Shown here piece after piece: positions 22,317-31,136 of a DNA stretch of 64,000 nucleotides. Both the position numbers and the translations under genes were made by a program. The DNA comes from an uncultured virus (IMG/VR IMGVR_UViG_3300025840_000026) (taxonomy: Duplodnaviria; Heunggongvirae; Uroviricota; Caudoviricetes), in IMG/VR virus record IMGVR_UViG_3300025840_000026; one strand, given 5' to 3'. Below the pieces are notes generated by a model that saw nothing but the letters and a program-made list of their open reading frames with translations, was not told where the DNA came from and did not search any database. Position 1 is the first letter of the stretch. Every line of letters begins with the position of its first letter.

Positions 22317-23087
22317 ATGGCAATTTGGACAGGCAACCCTACACCATATACGTTTCAACAACCGTATCCGTATATTGCACAGCAACCAGCACATGCAAGA
22401 CAACCTGCAACTTATCCATTTATTGGATATGCTCCTGCTAGTGCAAGACAACCTTCTACTTATCATTTAAGAACACCGTTTACATATCATGCAAGGTCAC
22501 CGTTTACGTATCATAATAGGTATCCTGCTAATGCCCAACAACCGTATATAGCTAATAGTCAGACACCGTTTACCTACCATTCAAGACAACCTTCTACTTA
22601 TCAGGTTCCATATATTGCAAATGCAAGACAACCTTTTACGTATCATGCAAGGTCACCGTTTACGTATCATAATAGGTCTTCAATAGATTATCAGGTTCCT
22701 TATATTGCAAATGCAAGACAACCGTCTACCTATCATGCAAGGTCACCGTTCACTTATCAGGCAACTGGTAGAACACCGTTTACCTATCAAGCAAGGTCAC
22801 CGTTTACCTATAGAAACCCTGTAAATGCACAGCAACCTTATATTGCAAACGCTAGACAACCCTCTACGTATCAAGTTGTATATCAAGTTCCTACCATTTA
22901 TGCAACTCCGTATATCTATACTGTTCCTTATATTGCAACAAGACCCATTGGGCCTCTTGCAAAAGTCAAGGGTGTTTTTGTAAATGATAGTGGAACTTTA
23001 AGGAAGTTGGATGAAGTTTATGTAAATGACAGTGGAACTGCAAGAAAAATTCATCAATCAGTTCCAACTGCACAGTATCAAGAATAA
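22317..23087 (+). CDS. Pro/Tyr/Gln repeat protein B1 (mirror partner of A1)
   Basis: AGGAG RBS; aa 22-207 repeat array; C-terminus carries 2 x V(F/Y)VNDSGT. Confidence 0.8.
   Translation: MAIWTGNPTPYTFQQPYPYIAQQPAHARQPATYPFIGYAPASARQPSTYHLRTPFTYHARSPFTYHNRYPANAQQPYIANSQTPFTYHSRQPSTYQVPYIANARQPFTYHARSPFTYHNRSSIDYQVPYIANARQPSTYHARSPFTYQATGRTPFTYQARSPFTYRNPVNAQQPYIANARQPSTYQVVYQVPTIYATPYIYTVPYIATRPIGPLAKVKGVFVNDSGTLRKLDEVYVNDSGTARKIHQSVPTAQYQE
22380..22937 (+). repeat. Coding repeat array of B1 (24 units, 186 aa)
   Basis: Units parsed by hand; 21+186+49 = 256 aa, matching the ORF length. Confidence 0.85.
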
Positions 23088-23105
23088 AAGGACATAAATA
23101 GTAAT

Positions 23106-23438
23106 ATGGCTATTATTGCAAACCTCTACATAGATCAAGGAACAGACTTCAGTATCACTGTTGATGTAACTGATTCTGCTGGTGAGATATTGGAATTAGA
23201 TGATTACACTGCAGCTGCACAGATTAGAAAGACCTATAGTTCTTCGACAGTGAGTGCAACTTTTGCTACATCAATTGCAGCGTTGGCAGGTCAAGTAACT
23301 ATTTCTTTAACTGATACTCAGACATCTGCACTTGAAGCAGGAAGATATGTATATGATTTAAATATCACTAGTGCTGCAGGAGTAGTCACAAGAGTAATTG
23401 AAGGACAGGCAATCATAACGCCTGGTGTAACAAGGTAA
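23106..23438 (+). CDS. Small virion structural protein (BppU-N/Ig-like)
   Basis: ANLYIDQGTDF...AAQIRKTY...LEAGRYVYDL...RVIEG...TPGVTR, a common T4-like structural family. Confidence 0.65.
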   Translation: MAIIANLYIDQGTDFSITVDVTDSAGEILELDDYTAAAQIRKTYSSSTVSATFATSIAALAGQVTISLTDTQTSALEAGRYVYDLNITSAAGVVTRVIEGQAIITPGVTR

Positions 23439-23442
23439 TAAT

Positions 23443-23661
23443 ATGTCAGGAAATATTAAAGCAAGAGTTTTACAAACAAACACTATTCGTGCAAAACAGG
23501 TTGCAATTGGTAACTCAGCAACTAATGTAAACTTGTCTGCAAAATCTATCAATGAACTTGCAGATGTTAATGTGGTTGAAACAGATGATGGACTTCTTTC
23601 TTATGATGCAGCTACGGATAAGTGGGTTACAAAAACTGTTTTAGATGGTGGAACATTCTAA
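23443..23661 (+). CDS. Small fibre-associated protein
   Basis: INELADVN...DGLLSYDAATDKW motif; C-terminal LDGGTF. Confidence 0.55.
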   Translation: MSGNIKARVLQTNTIRAKQVAIGNSATNVNLSAKSINELADVNVVETDDGLLSYDAATDKWVTKTVLDGGTF

Positions 23662-23664
23662 TCA

Positions 23665-24567
23665 GTGAGTCCTACTTTATGGTCATGTGATGAGTGGTCA
23701 CCCCTAAAAGAAATCATTATTGGTTCACTCAAGGGTCACGAACAACTCAAAAAATATTCTTACTACATTAAAGATATTTCTATAATAAGAGATATCTTAG
23801 ATGAAGCACAAGAAGGGTTAGATACCTTTCAATCTATTTTAGAAAAACTTAACATAAAGGTTTACAGACCACATGGTTTCTGTTATAATGTAAGAGACTG
23901 TGCTGTAGTCATAGAAGATACAATTCTAGAATCTTCGATGAGATATAAAGAAGAATACGGTTATCTTGAAACATTAAAACCTATTTTTGAAGAAAAGGTT
24001 TCAGAGGGTGCAAAATTAATTACTGCACCAAAACCTACATGGAGACCTTGGGTAAATCCAAACGAACCTATTTTTGATGCAGCTAACATATGTCGATTAG
24101 GTAAGGACATATTAATCAGTATAAATGAAACTGCAAATGAACATGGAAGAGATTGGGTCTTTAAAACATTCAATCATTTAAATCACCATCATATAGTTCA
24201 AAAAGAAAGAATATCACACATTGACACTACCTTTGTTCCAATATCTAACGATACAGTTATGATAAATCAGGAAAGAGTAAAAGAGATACCATCCGTATTT
24301 AAAGATTGGAAACATATCTTTATCAATATTGAGGACATGAATAAGGAAAAACCACCTATTGTGACGACAAGATGTGCATCGGCATTTATTGGAATGAATA
24401 CCCTTTCTATAGATAATAATACTGTATGTGTCAATGAAAGGGAAGTAAAATTAATAGAAAAATTAGAAAGACATAACTTTAATTGCATACCTATACCCCT
24501 CAAACAAACTAGAACTCTATCAGGTGGACTGCATTGTTGCACTTTAGATTTACTTAGAACATCTTAA
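23665..24567 (+). CDS. Amidinotransferase (pentein superfamily, glycine/inosamine-phosphate amidinotransferase-like)
   Basis: EWSPLKEIIIG; YNVRD; FDAAN (Asp); HIDTT (His); LSGGLHCCTLDL (Cys): catalytic triad motifs intact. Confidence 0.85.
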   Translation: MSPTLWSCDEWSPLKEIIIGSLKGHEQLKKYSYYIKDISIIRDILDEAQEGLDTFQSILEKLNIKVYRPHGFCYNVRDCAVVIEDTILESSMRYKEEYGYLETLKPIFEEKVSEGAKLITAPKPTWRPWVNPNEPIFDAANICRLGKDILISINETANEHGRDWVFKTFNHLNHHHIVQKERISHIDTTFVPISNDTVMINQERVKEIPSVFKDWKHIFINIEDMNKEKPPIVTTRCASAFIGMNTLSIDNNTVCVNEREVKLIEKLERHNFNCIPIPLKQTRTLSGGLHCCTLDLLRTS

Positions 24568-24570
24568 TGT

Positions 24571-24578
24571 TATAAATA
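24571..24578 (+). promoter_or_regulatory. Late promoter TATAAATA followed by a long leader
   Basis: Exact consensus about 135 nt upstream of the 24713 ATG. Confidence 0.7.
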
Positions 24579-24712
24579 TTAGTATCAAATCAAGGTGTCA
24601 TTCAGTGAGACACGACCCACATAGTGAGTGGAGAGTATATAATGTATCTTTCTCGGAAAGTGAAGAGAAAAAATCTTAATTAAGCTTTTTAAAAAATTTC
24701 AAGGAGAAATAA

Positions 24713-26245
24713 ATGGCTACAGTAATTCAAATTAAAAGGTCGACTGGTTTATCCGCTCCAACGACTTCTGACTTATCAGAAGGAGAATTGGCGTATGTCC
24801 AAGACCGTGCAAACAGTGGTGCTTCGGCAAAATTGTTTATTGAATCTGTTGATTCTGATAACTCTACTCCATTAATACACGCAATCGGTGGTAAATACTT
24901 CACCGATATGTTGAGTGGTTCATCTGCAACACCTGCTAACTTTAAAGTTGGTAACGGTGCTACATCAGGTGGTTCTATTCAGTTGATGGAAGATTCAGAC
25001 AACGGTGTTCACTCTGTAGGTTTGAAAGCTCCTGACTCAGTTGCTGCTGATCTTACTTTTGTTCTACCAGGCTCAGACGGTAGTGCAAACCAAGTATTAG
25101 CAACAGACGGTTCAGGTAACCTTTCATTCTTATCAACAACTTCAACACTTGCTGGTGCAACAGACTCAGATATCTCTGCTCCTTCATCAGGACAAGTTCT
25201 TGTTCATGATGGTTCAGATTCATTTGACAACGTAAGTATCTCAGGTGACGCAACACTTGCTTCAGATGGTTCTCTAACAATTTCTGCTGGTGCAGTTGAG
25301 AACTCAATGTTAGCAGGTTCAATCTCATATGATAAGATTGACTTCTTAATTGACGAAGACAACATGGCATCTGATTCAGATGTTAAAGTTCCTTCTCAAC
25401 AGTCAGTTAAAGCATATGTTGATTCACAATTAACAGCACAAGATGTTGACTTCGCTGGTGACAGTGGAACAGGTGCAGTTGATTTAGACTCACAATCATT
25501 GACTATTGCAGGAACAACTAACGAAATCGTTACTTCTGCTTCAGGTCAAACTTTAACAGTTGGTCTTCCTACTAATGTCACAACTCAAGGTAACTTGACA
25601 GTTGGTGGATATCTTGCAGGGCCTGCTTCCTTCACAATCGACCCAGCTGCAGTTGGTGACGATACAGGAACAGTTATCATTGCTGGTAACCTACAAGTAG
25701 ACGGAACAACAACAACAATCAATTCAACAACAGTTGCAATTGATGACTTAAACTTCTCAATAGCTTCAGACGCTGCTGATTCAGCTGGTGCCAACGGTGC
25801 TGGTATTACAATCGGTGGTGCAGGTGCAACCTTCACATATACCCATGCAGACACTTCATGGAATATGAACAAGTCATTGAACATCACAGGTGGTTTATCA
25901 CTAAGTAGTTCAATTACTGAGATTGATGGTGCAGCTCCAACTGCTGGACAACTATTAATTGGTAATGGTTCTAATGGAGACATGGAACTTGCTACTTTAA
26001 CTGCTGGTGAAGGACTTGACGTAACTAACGCTGACGGTGCAATCACATTATCAGCTGAAGATGCTACTGCTAGTAATAAAGGTATTGCTTCATTCTCAGG
26101 TTCATACTTCACTGTAACTTCAGGGGATGTTGCTATCAACAATGCTACAACATCTGCAAAAGGTATTGCAAGCTTTGATTCATCTAACTTCACAGTAAGT
26201 TCAGGTGCTGTCTCTGTTTCAGCTATAGACGGCGGAACATTTTAA
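24713..26245 (+). CDS. Tail fibre-like structural protein
   Basis: MATVIQIKRS...LSEGELAY N-terminus; DEDNMASDS...SQQSVKAYVDSQ; GNLQVDGTTTTINST; C-terminal IDGGTF. Confidence 0.7.
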   Translation: MATVIQIKRSTGLSAPTTSDLSEGELAYVQDRANSGASAKLFIESVDSDNSTPLIHAIGGKYFTDMLSGSSATPANFKVGNGATSGGSIQLMEDSDNGVHSVGLKAPDSVAADLTFVLPGSDGSANQVLATDGSGNLSFLSTTSTLAGATDSDISAPSSGQVLVHDGSDSFDNVSISGDATLASDGSLTISAGAVENSMLAGSISYDKIDFLIDEDNMASDSDVKVPSQQSVKAYVDSQLTAQDVDFAGDSGTGAVDLDSQSLTIAGTTNEIVTSASGQTLTVGLPTNVTTQGNLTVGGYLAGPASFTIDPAAVGDDTGTVIIAGNLQVDGTTTTINSTTVAIDDLNFSIASDAADSAGANGAGITIGGAGATFTYTHADTSWNMNKSLNITGGLSLSSSITEIDGAAPTAGQLLIGNGSNGDMELATLTAGEGLDVTNADGAITLSAEDATASNKGIASFSGSYFTVTSGDVAINNATTSAKGIASFDSSNFTVSSGAVSVSAIDGGTF

Positions 26246-26272
26246 TAACACTTAAGTCTATAGGAGAAGCTC

Positions 26273-27100
26273 ATGGCAACAGTAATACAATTTAAAAGAA
26301 GTTCCACTCAAGGTGCAACACCTACTACAGGTGACTTGTCTTTGGGGGAACTTGCTGTCAATACCTATTCAGGTAGATTCTACACTGAAAAGAACGATGG
26401 TAGTGCAGCTGTTGTAGAGGTTGGTTCTAATCCATCAACCTTAACTGTGAATGATGCATTTTCCTTTCCTACAAGTGACGGTTCCTCAAATCAGATTTTA
26501 AAAACTGATGGTTCAGGAACTTTGAGTTGGTCAGACCAACCTTCATCAGGTGTAAAAACCTACACTTATACTATTACAACTACAACTACTTCTATTAGTG
26601 GTTCAGATGATAATAGTGATACTCTTGTATATACCTCAGGGTATGAGCAAGTGTATATCAATGGTGTGAAGTTGGTTGGTGGTGGTGCAGACTATACTGC
26701 AACCAATTCTTCCACAATCACTTTAACGGAAAACGCATTAAGTGGTGATGTTGTTGAAGTTATTGCAATCACAAGTGCAGCTAATCTTGTTCAAGGTTAC
26801 TTCACTGAGAGTTCATTTTCAACTACATCAAGTGATCAAATATTATCTGCAAATGCATTAGCAAATAAAGCAGTTAAATATGTGATTTCCGCCACTCACG
26901 CATCAACAGGCACTCACGCAGCTGAAGTTTTATTGGTGAACAATGGTAGTAGTGCATACTTTGTGCAATACGGTGATGTTTATTCAGCATCATCGTTGTT
27001 TACATTGAATGCAGATGTTTCAGGTGGTAATGCTAGATTACTAGTTACTCCTGCAAACACAGATACTACAATCGATACATTCCAAATCAGGTTATCATAA
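26273..27100 (+). CDS. Tail fibre-associated structural protein
   Basis: MATVIQFKRS...LSLGELAVN; VYINGVKL...DYTA; C-terminal domain shared with the next two ORFs. Confidence 0.65.
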   Translation: MATVIQFKRSSTQGATPTTGDLSLGELAVNTYSGRFYTEKNDGSAAVVEVGSNPSTLTVNDAFSFPTSDGSSNQILKTDGSGTLSWSDQPSSGVKTYTYTITTTTTSISGSDDNSDTLVYTSGYEQVYINGVKLVGGGADYTATNSSTITLTENALSGDVVEVIAITSAANLVQGYFTESSFSTTSSDQILSANALANKAVKYVISATHASTGTHAAEVLLVNNGSSAYFVQYGDVYSASSLFTLNADVSGGNARLLVTPANTDTTIDTFQIRLS

Positions 27101-27113
27101 GGAGATATGAATA

Positions 27114-27524
27114 ATGGCTAAAACGAAAGCATTTGAAATAGCAGAACTTATTCGTCATCTTCGATATGATGCTGATAACGATGTTATTACAACAGAAAAA
27201 GCTACTCGGGATAAAAACAAAAAGAGAGGTAATGCAACTAGAACATCCACAGATGAATTTGCATTAGACACTTTCACAAAAACTGATTACAGAGCTGCAA
27301 GATATATTGTAGCAATGTCAGATGGTGCAAAGTTTCACTCTACAGAAGTTGTTTTGGTTCATGATGGTAGTTCTGTAACAATGACACAATATGGAACACT
27401 TAAATCTCATTCATTGGCATCCTTTGATTCAGATATTAGTGGTTCAGATGTTAGATTGTTAGTAACACCAGCGTCTACCTCATCAACAGTTATCAAATAT
27501 GATAGAACAGTTGTAGAAGCATAA
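27114..27524 (+). CDS. Small structural protein (paralogous C-terminal domain)
   Basis: YRAARYIV...HSTEVVLVHDGS...TQYG...VRLLVTPAS. Confidence 0.6.
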   Translation: MAKTKAFEIAELIRHLRYDADNDVITTEKATRDKNKKRGNATRTSTDEFALDTFTKTDYRAARYIVAMSDGAKFHSTEVVLVHDGSSVTMTQYGTLKSHSLASFDSDISGSDVRLLVTPASTSSTVIKYDRTVVEA

Positions 27525-27547
27525 CGATAAGTTTTGACAAAAACTTT

Positions 27548-27576
27548 GAAAGGGGACTTTATGTCCCCTTTCTTTT
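27548..27576 (+). terminator. Rho-independent terminator
   Basis: GAAAGGGGAC-TTTAT-GTCCCCTTTC then TTTT. Confidence 0.85.
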
Positions 27577-27589
27577 ACCTATAAAAAAC

Positions 27590-27597
27590 TATAAATA
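27590..27597 (+). promoter_or_regulatory. Late promoter TATAAATA
   Basis: Exact consensus just after the terminator. Confidence 0.7.
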
Positions 27598-27626
27598 GTA
27601 TTTGTAATTAGAGAGATAATTAGAGT

Positions 27627-28367
27627 ATGGCAACCAAAAAGAATTTAATAGCTGATATTGGAATAGAGACACACGGTAGTTTGACTGTAGATGGTAATGC
27701 AACCATCACAGGAAACCTAACAGTAAATGGAACCAGTAATACAGTGGAATCCACAACCACATCGGTTGAGGATAACCTTATTGAGCTTGCAAATAATAAC
27801 ACTAGTTCTGATACACTTGATATTGGTATATACGGTAACTATGACGATGGACTAGCAGATGGGGCATCAGAGTATACAGGATTCTTTAGAGATGCAAGTG
27901 ATTCCACATGGAAACTATTTGATGGATTAGAAGTTGAGCCTGGTTCTACTGTTAATATTTCAGGGTCAGGATTTGCAAAAGCAGCTTTAGAAGTTGGTGA
28001 CTTATCATGCACAACCATTACTGCATCTGATTCACTTACTATTGACAGTTTAGTAGTAGATTCCTCAAGTGGTTCTACATTAGAAACTACAAGTGAGACA
28101 GATTTAGATTCTTGGGCAACTTCTACATATAGAAGTGCAAAATATGTTCTTCAAGCAACCGAAGGAACTAAATACCATACAACAGAAGTTATAGTTATAC
28201 ATGATGGAAGTGATGCATACTTCACACAATTCGGTGAAATTATCACAACTTCATCATTGTTTGAGGTTTCGACCTCAGTAGAAAGTGGAAGTGTAAAATT
28301 AAAAGTTACACCTGCTTCTGCAAATTCAACAGTTTTTAAATGGTCAAGAACTTTAATTAAAATTTAA
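27627..28367 (+). CDS. Tail fibre-associated structural protein
   Basis: GNLTVNGT...VEDNLIELA; GFFRDASDSTWKLF; C-terminal YRSAKYVLQ...TEVIVIHDGSDAYFTQFG domain. Confidence 0.65.
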   Translation: MATKKNLIADIGIETHGSLTVDGNATITGNLTVNGTSNTVESTTTSVEDNLIELANNNTSSDTLDIGIYGNYDDGLADGASEYTGFFRDASDSTWKLFDGLEVEPGSTVNISGSGFAKAALEVGDLSCTTITASDSLTIDSLVVDSSSGSTLETTSETDLDSWATSTYRSAKYVLQATEGTKYHTTEVIVIHDGSDAYFTQFGEIITTSSLFEVSTSVESGSVKLKVTPASANSTVFKWSRTLIKI

Positions 28368-28434
28368 TACCTCTTGACGATTAAGAAGTGATAAATAAAA
28401 GAGTTAAAACCACAATCGTTAGGACACACAAACT

Positions 28435-28695
28435 ATGGCAACACAAAATACCTTTGTTATAGAGTATGGATTGTCGGTTGGTTCCACTGAGGTCATCAAT
28501 TCGTCAGGTAAGTTGCAGGCAGCTGCAATCTCAGAGTTGGATACAGATAATCTCTCAGAAGGTTCCACGAATCAATACTTTACAAACACAAGAGCGAGAG
28601 GTGCAATATCACTTGCATCAGGTGAAAGTAACTTGAGTTACGACTCTTCAACTGGTAAAATATCGTTACCACAGGTTGATGGAGGCACATTATAA
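28435..28695 (+). CDS. Small fibre-associated protein
   Basis: N-terminus paralogous to the 28695 ORF (F.I..GL.VG.TEVI.SSG); LSEGSTNQYFTNTRAR; C-terminal VDGGTL. Confidence 0.6.
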   Translation: MATQNTFVIEYGLSVGSTEVINSSGKLQAAAISELDTDNLSEGSTNQYFTNTRARGAISLASGESNLSYDSSTGKISLPQVDGGTL

Positions 28696-31100
28696 TGACA
28701 GCTAAAAATTTCATAATCAAAAACGGTCTTACTGTTGGAACAACAGAAGTCATCACTAGTTCAGGTAGTATTACATCAGCTGCAGTAGGAGATGCTCTAA
28801 ACGAAGCAATTGCAGATAAGATTGGTGGTATTATTCAGGGTTCAGGTTCAACCACAGTAACCTATGATGATACAAACGATACTATCACCATTTCATCAAC
28901 TGGTAAGACAGAAGAAGAGATTCAAGATATCGTTGGTGCTCAGTTAGTAACCAACGGTTCACATACAAATATTACTGCATCTTACGATGATTCAGGAGAC
29001 GGTGCAGTTGACCTTTCTATCTCTGATACAGTTATCAGAGGAAAGATTAGTGCAGGTGGTGATTTAAGTTATGATAACAGCACAGGTGTTGTATCATTTA
29101 CAGAAAGAACAGATGCAGAAGTTAGAGGACTTATTAGTGCAAGTGGTGATTTAAGTTATGATAACAGCACTGGTGTAATTTCATTTACTAACGATGCTGG
29201 TGATATAGAATCAGTAATCGCTGGAACTGGTTTAACTGGTGGTGGAACTTCAGGTGATGTTACATTAAGCATTGACCTTAAAGATGAAGATAACATGGCT
29301 TCAGACTCTGCAACTCATGCCGCTTCACAGCAATCAATTAAAGCATACGTTGATTCACAAATAGCAAGTAAAGATAACACAGACGAAATTACAGAAGGTT
29401 CAACTAACTTATACTTTACAAATGCAAGAGCAGATGCTAGGATTACAGCGGCATTAATTGACGAAGATGACATGTCATCAGATAGTGCTACTAGAATCCC
29501 TTCACAACAAAGTGTTAAGGCATATGTTGATTCACAAGTTGATACAGTAGATGCATTAAGTGAACTAAGTGGTGATACTGATGATGTATCAGAAGGTTCG
29601 ACTAATTTATATTATACTGATGCAAGAGCCAGAGCGGCCATAAGTGCATCAGGAGATTTAAGTTATAACAGTTCAACAGGTGTTGTATCATACACAGAAC
29701 CTACAATGTATGCCGATTCAGATGCCAGAGGTGCAATCTCAGTCACAGATTCAGGTGGAGATGGTTCACTTGCATATAATTCATCAACAGGTGTAATTAC
29801 ATATACAGGCCCTAGTGCATCAGAAGTTCAAGCACATATTACTGCTGGAACTGGTGTGTCGGTTTCAAGTGGTCAAGTTAGTATTGGTCAGGCAGTAGGA
29901 ACTTCAGATTCACCCACATTTGCAGGTGTAACACTTACAGGTGCATCAACAGTTTCAGGACATGTTCTTCCAAGTGCAGATGTTACCTACGACTTAGGTT
30001 CAGCATCGTATCAATGGAGAGACGTATATGTCGGGCCAGGGTCACTTTATGTTAACGGACAAAAAGTATTAGAAGATAGTTCAGGAACAATCGTTGTTTC
30101 TGCTGATTCAGACCAAAACCTTCAAATGAAAACTGCTGGTAGTGGTGACATTGAGTTCAACCCATCAGGCACAGGTATCATTCAAGCAAAAGGAACACTT
30201 CAAATGCTTGATGGTGAGTTAATCACCAACAGTGCTGGTAATGCAGTTGCATTCGGAAACAACATCAGTGTAGATCAAATTGCTTCTAGAAGTGCAGACA
30301 CAAACTTAGTATTGAGTGGTAACGGAACAGGTAATGTTACATTGAATGACGATGTTGTCATCTCAGGTTCATTGACAGTTTCAGGAACAACAACTACAGT
30401 TAACTCAGAGACAATCAATCTTGCAGATAACATTCTAAACCTAAACTCTGATTTTACATCAGGTTCACCTACACAGGATGCAGGTATAAGTGTTTCAAGA
30501 GGTGGTTCAACTGCAAAAACATTCTTATGGGATGAAACCAACGATAGATGGACAGTCGGTTCAGATAGCATGGTTGCAGGAACATTCATTGGTAATCTAA
30601 CAGGGGATGTCACAGGAGATGTTACAGGTAATGCTTCAACAGCAAGTGCTTGGGCAACTGCAAGAACACTAAGTTTAACAGGTGCAGTTACAGGTTCTGC
30701 TTCAGTAGATGGTTCAGGTAATGTTTCACTTGCTACAACAGCAACAAGTGACCCAACATTGACACTTGCAGGAGATGCTTCAGGTAGTGCAACATTTACA
30801 AATTTAGGTAACGCAACATTAACAGTTACAGTTGCAAACAATTCACATACACACACTGTATCAAATATTTCAGACTTGACTGTAACAGCAGCTGAGTTGA
30901 ACTTCATGGATAATGTAACATCTAATGTTCAAACTCAGTTGAATGCAAAATATGGTAGTGGTTCTAATGCAACACTAGGAACAATTACTACAAGTAATGC
31001 AAGTAATTCAGGTGGATATGTAAGAAATGTTTATCAATCTACATCAGCTCCTACTTCAGGTGATGGTGCAGTTGGTGATTTATGGATTCTCTACTCTTAA
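28695..31100 (+). CDS. Long tail fibre-like protein (module 2 shaft)
   Basis: Repeated ISAxGDLSYxxSTGV, DEDxMxSDSAT...SQQSxKAYVDSQ and EGSTNLYxTxARA motifs; C-terminal QSTSAPTSGDGAVGDLWILYS. Confidence 0.7.
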   Translation: MTAKNFIIKNGLTVGTTEVITSSGSITSAAVGDALNEAIADKIGGIIQGSGSTTVTYDDTNDTITISSTGKTEEEIQDIVGAQLVTNGSHTNITASYDDSGDGAVDLSISDTVIRGKISAGGDLSYDNSTGVVSFTERTDAEVRGLISASGDLSYDNSTGVISFTNDAGDIESVIAGTGLTGGGTSGDVTLSIDLKDEDNMASDSATHAASQQSIKAYVDSQIASKDNTDEITEGSTNLYFTNARADARITAALIDEDDMSSDSATRIPSQQSVKAYVDSQVDTVDALSELSGDTDDVSEGSTNLYYTDARARAAISASGDLSYNSSTGVVSYTEPTMYADSDARGAISVTDSGGDGSLAYNSSTGVITYTGPSASEVQAHITAGTGVSVSSGQVSIGQAVGTSDSPTFAGVTLTGASTVSGHVLPSADVTYDLGSASYQWRDVYVGPGSLYVNGQKVLEDSSGTIVVSADSDQNLQMKTAGSGDIEFNPSGTGIIQAKGTLQMLDGELITNSAGNAVAFGNNISVDQIASRSADTNLVLSGNGTGNVTLNDDVVISGSLTVSGTTTTVNSETINLADNILNLNSDFTSGSPTQDAGISVSRGGSTAKTFLWDETNDRWTVGSDSMVAGTFIGNLTGDVTGDVTGNASTASAWATARTLSLTGAVTGSASVDGSGNVSLATTATSDPTLTLAGDASGSATFTNLGNATLTVTVANNSHTHTVSNISDLTVTAAELNFMDNVTSNVQTQLNAKYGSGSNATLGTITTSNASNSGGYVRNVYQSTSAPTSGDGAVGDLWILYS

Positions 31101-31136
31101 TAAATAAGAGTAGATTTTTGAGGAATTAAAATATAA

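Noticed and set aside
22302..22319. Stop-codon readthrough fusing A1 and B1 into one hairpin protein
   Set aside because: They are in frame but separated by two stops (TAG, TAA) with an AGGAG RBS before B1. A2 and B2 are out of frame and B2 has its own RBS.
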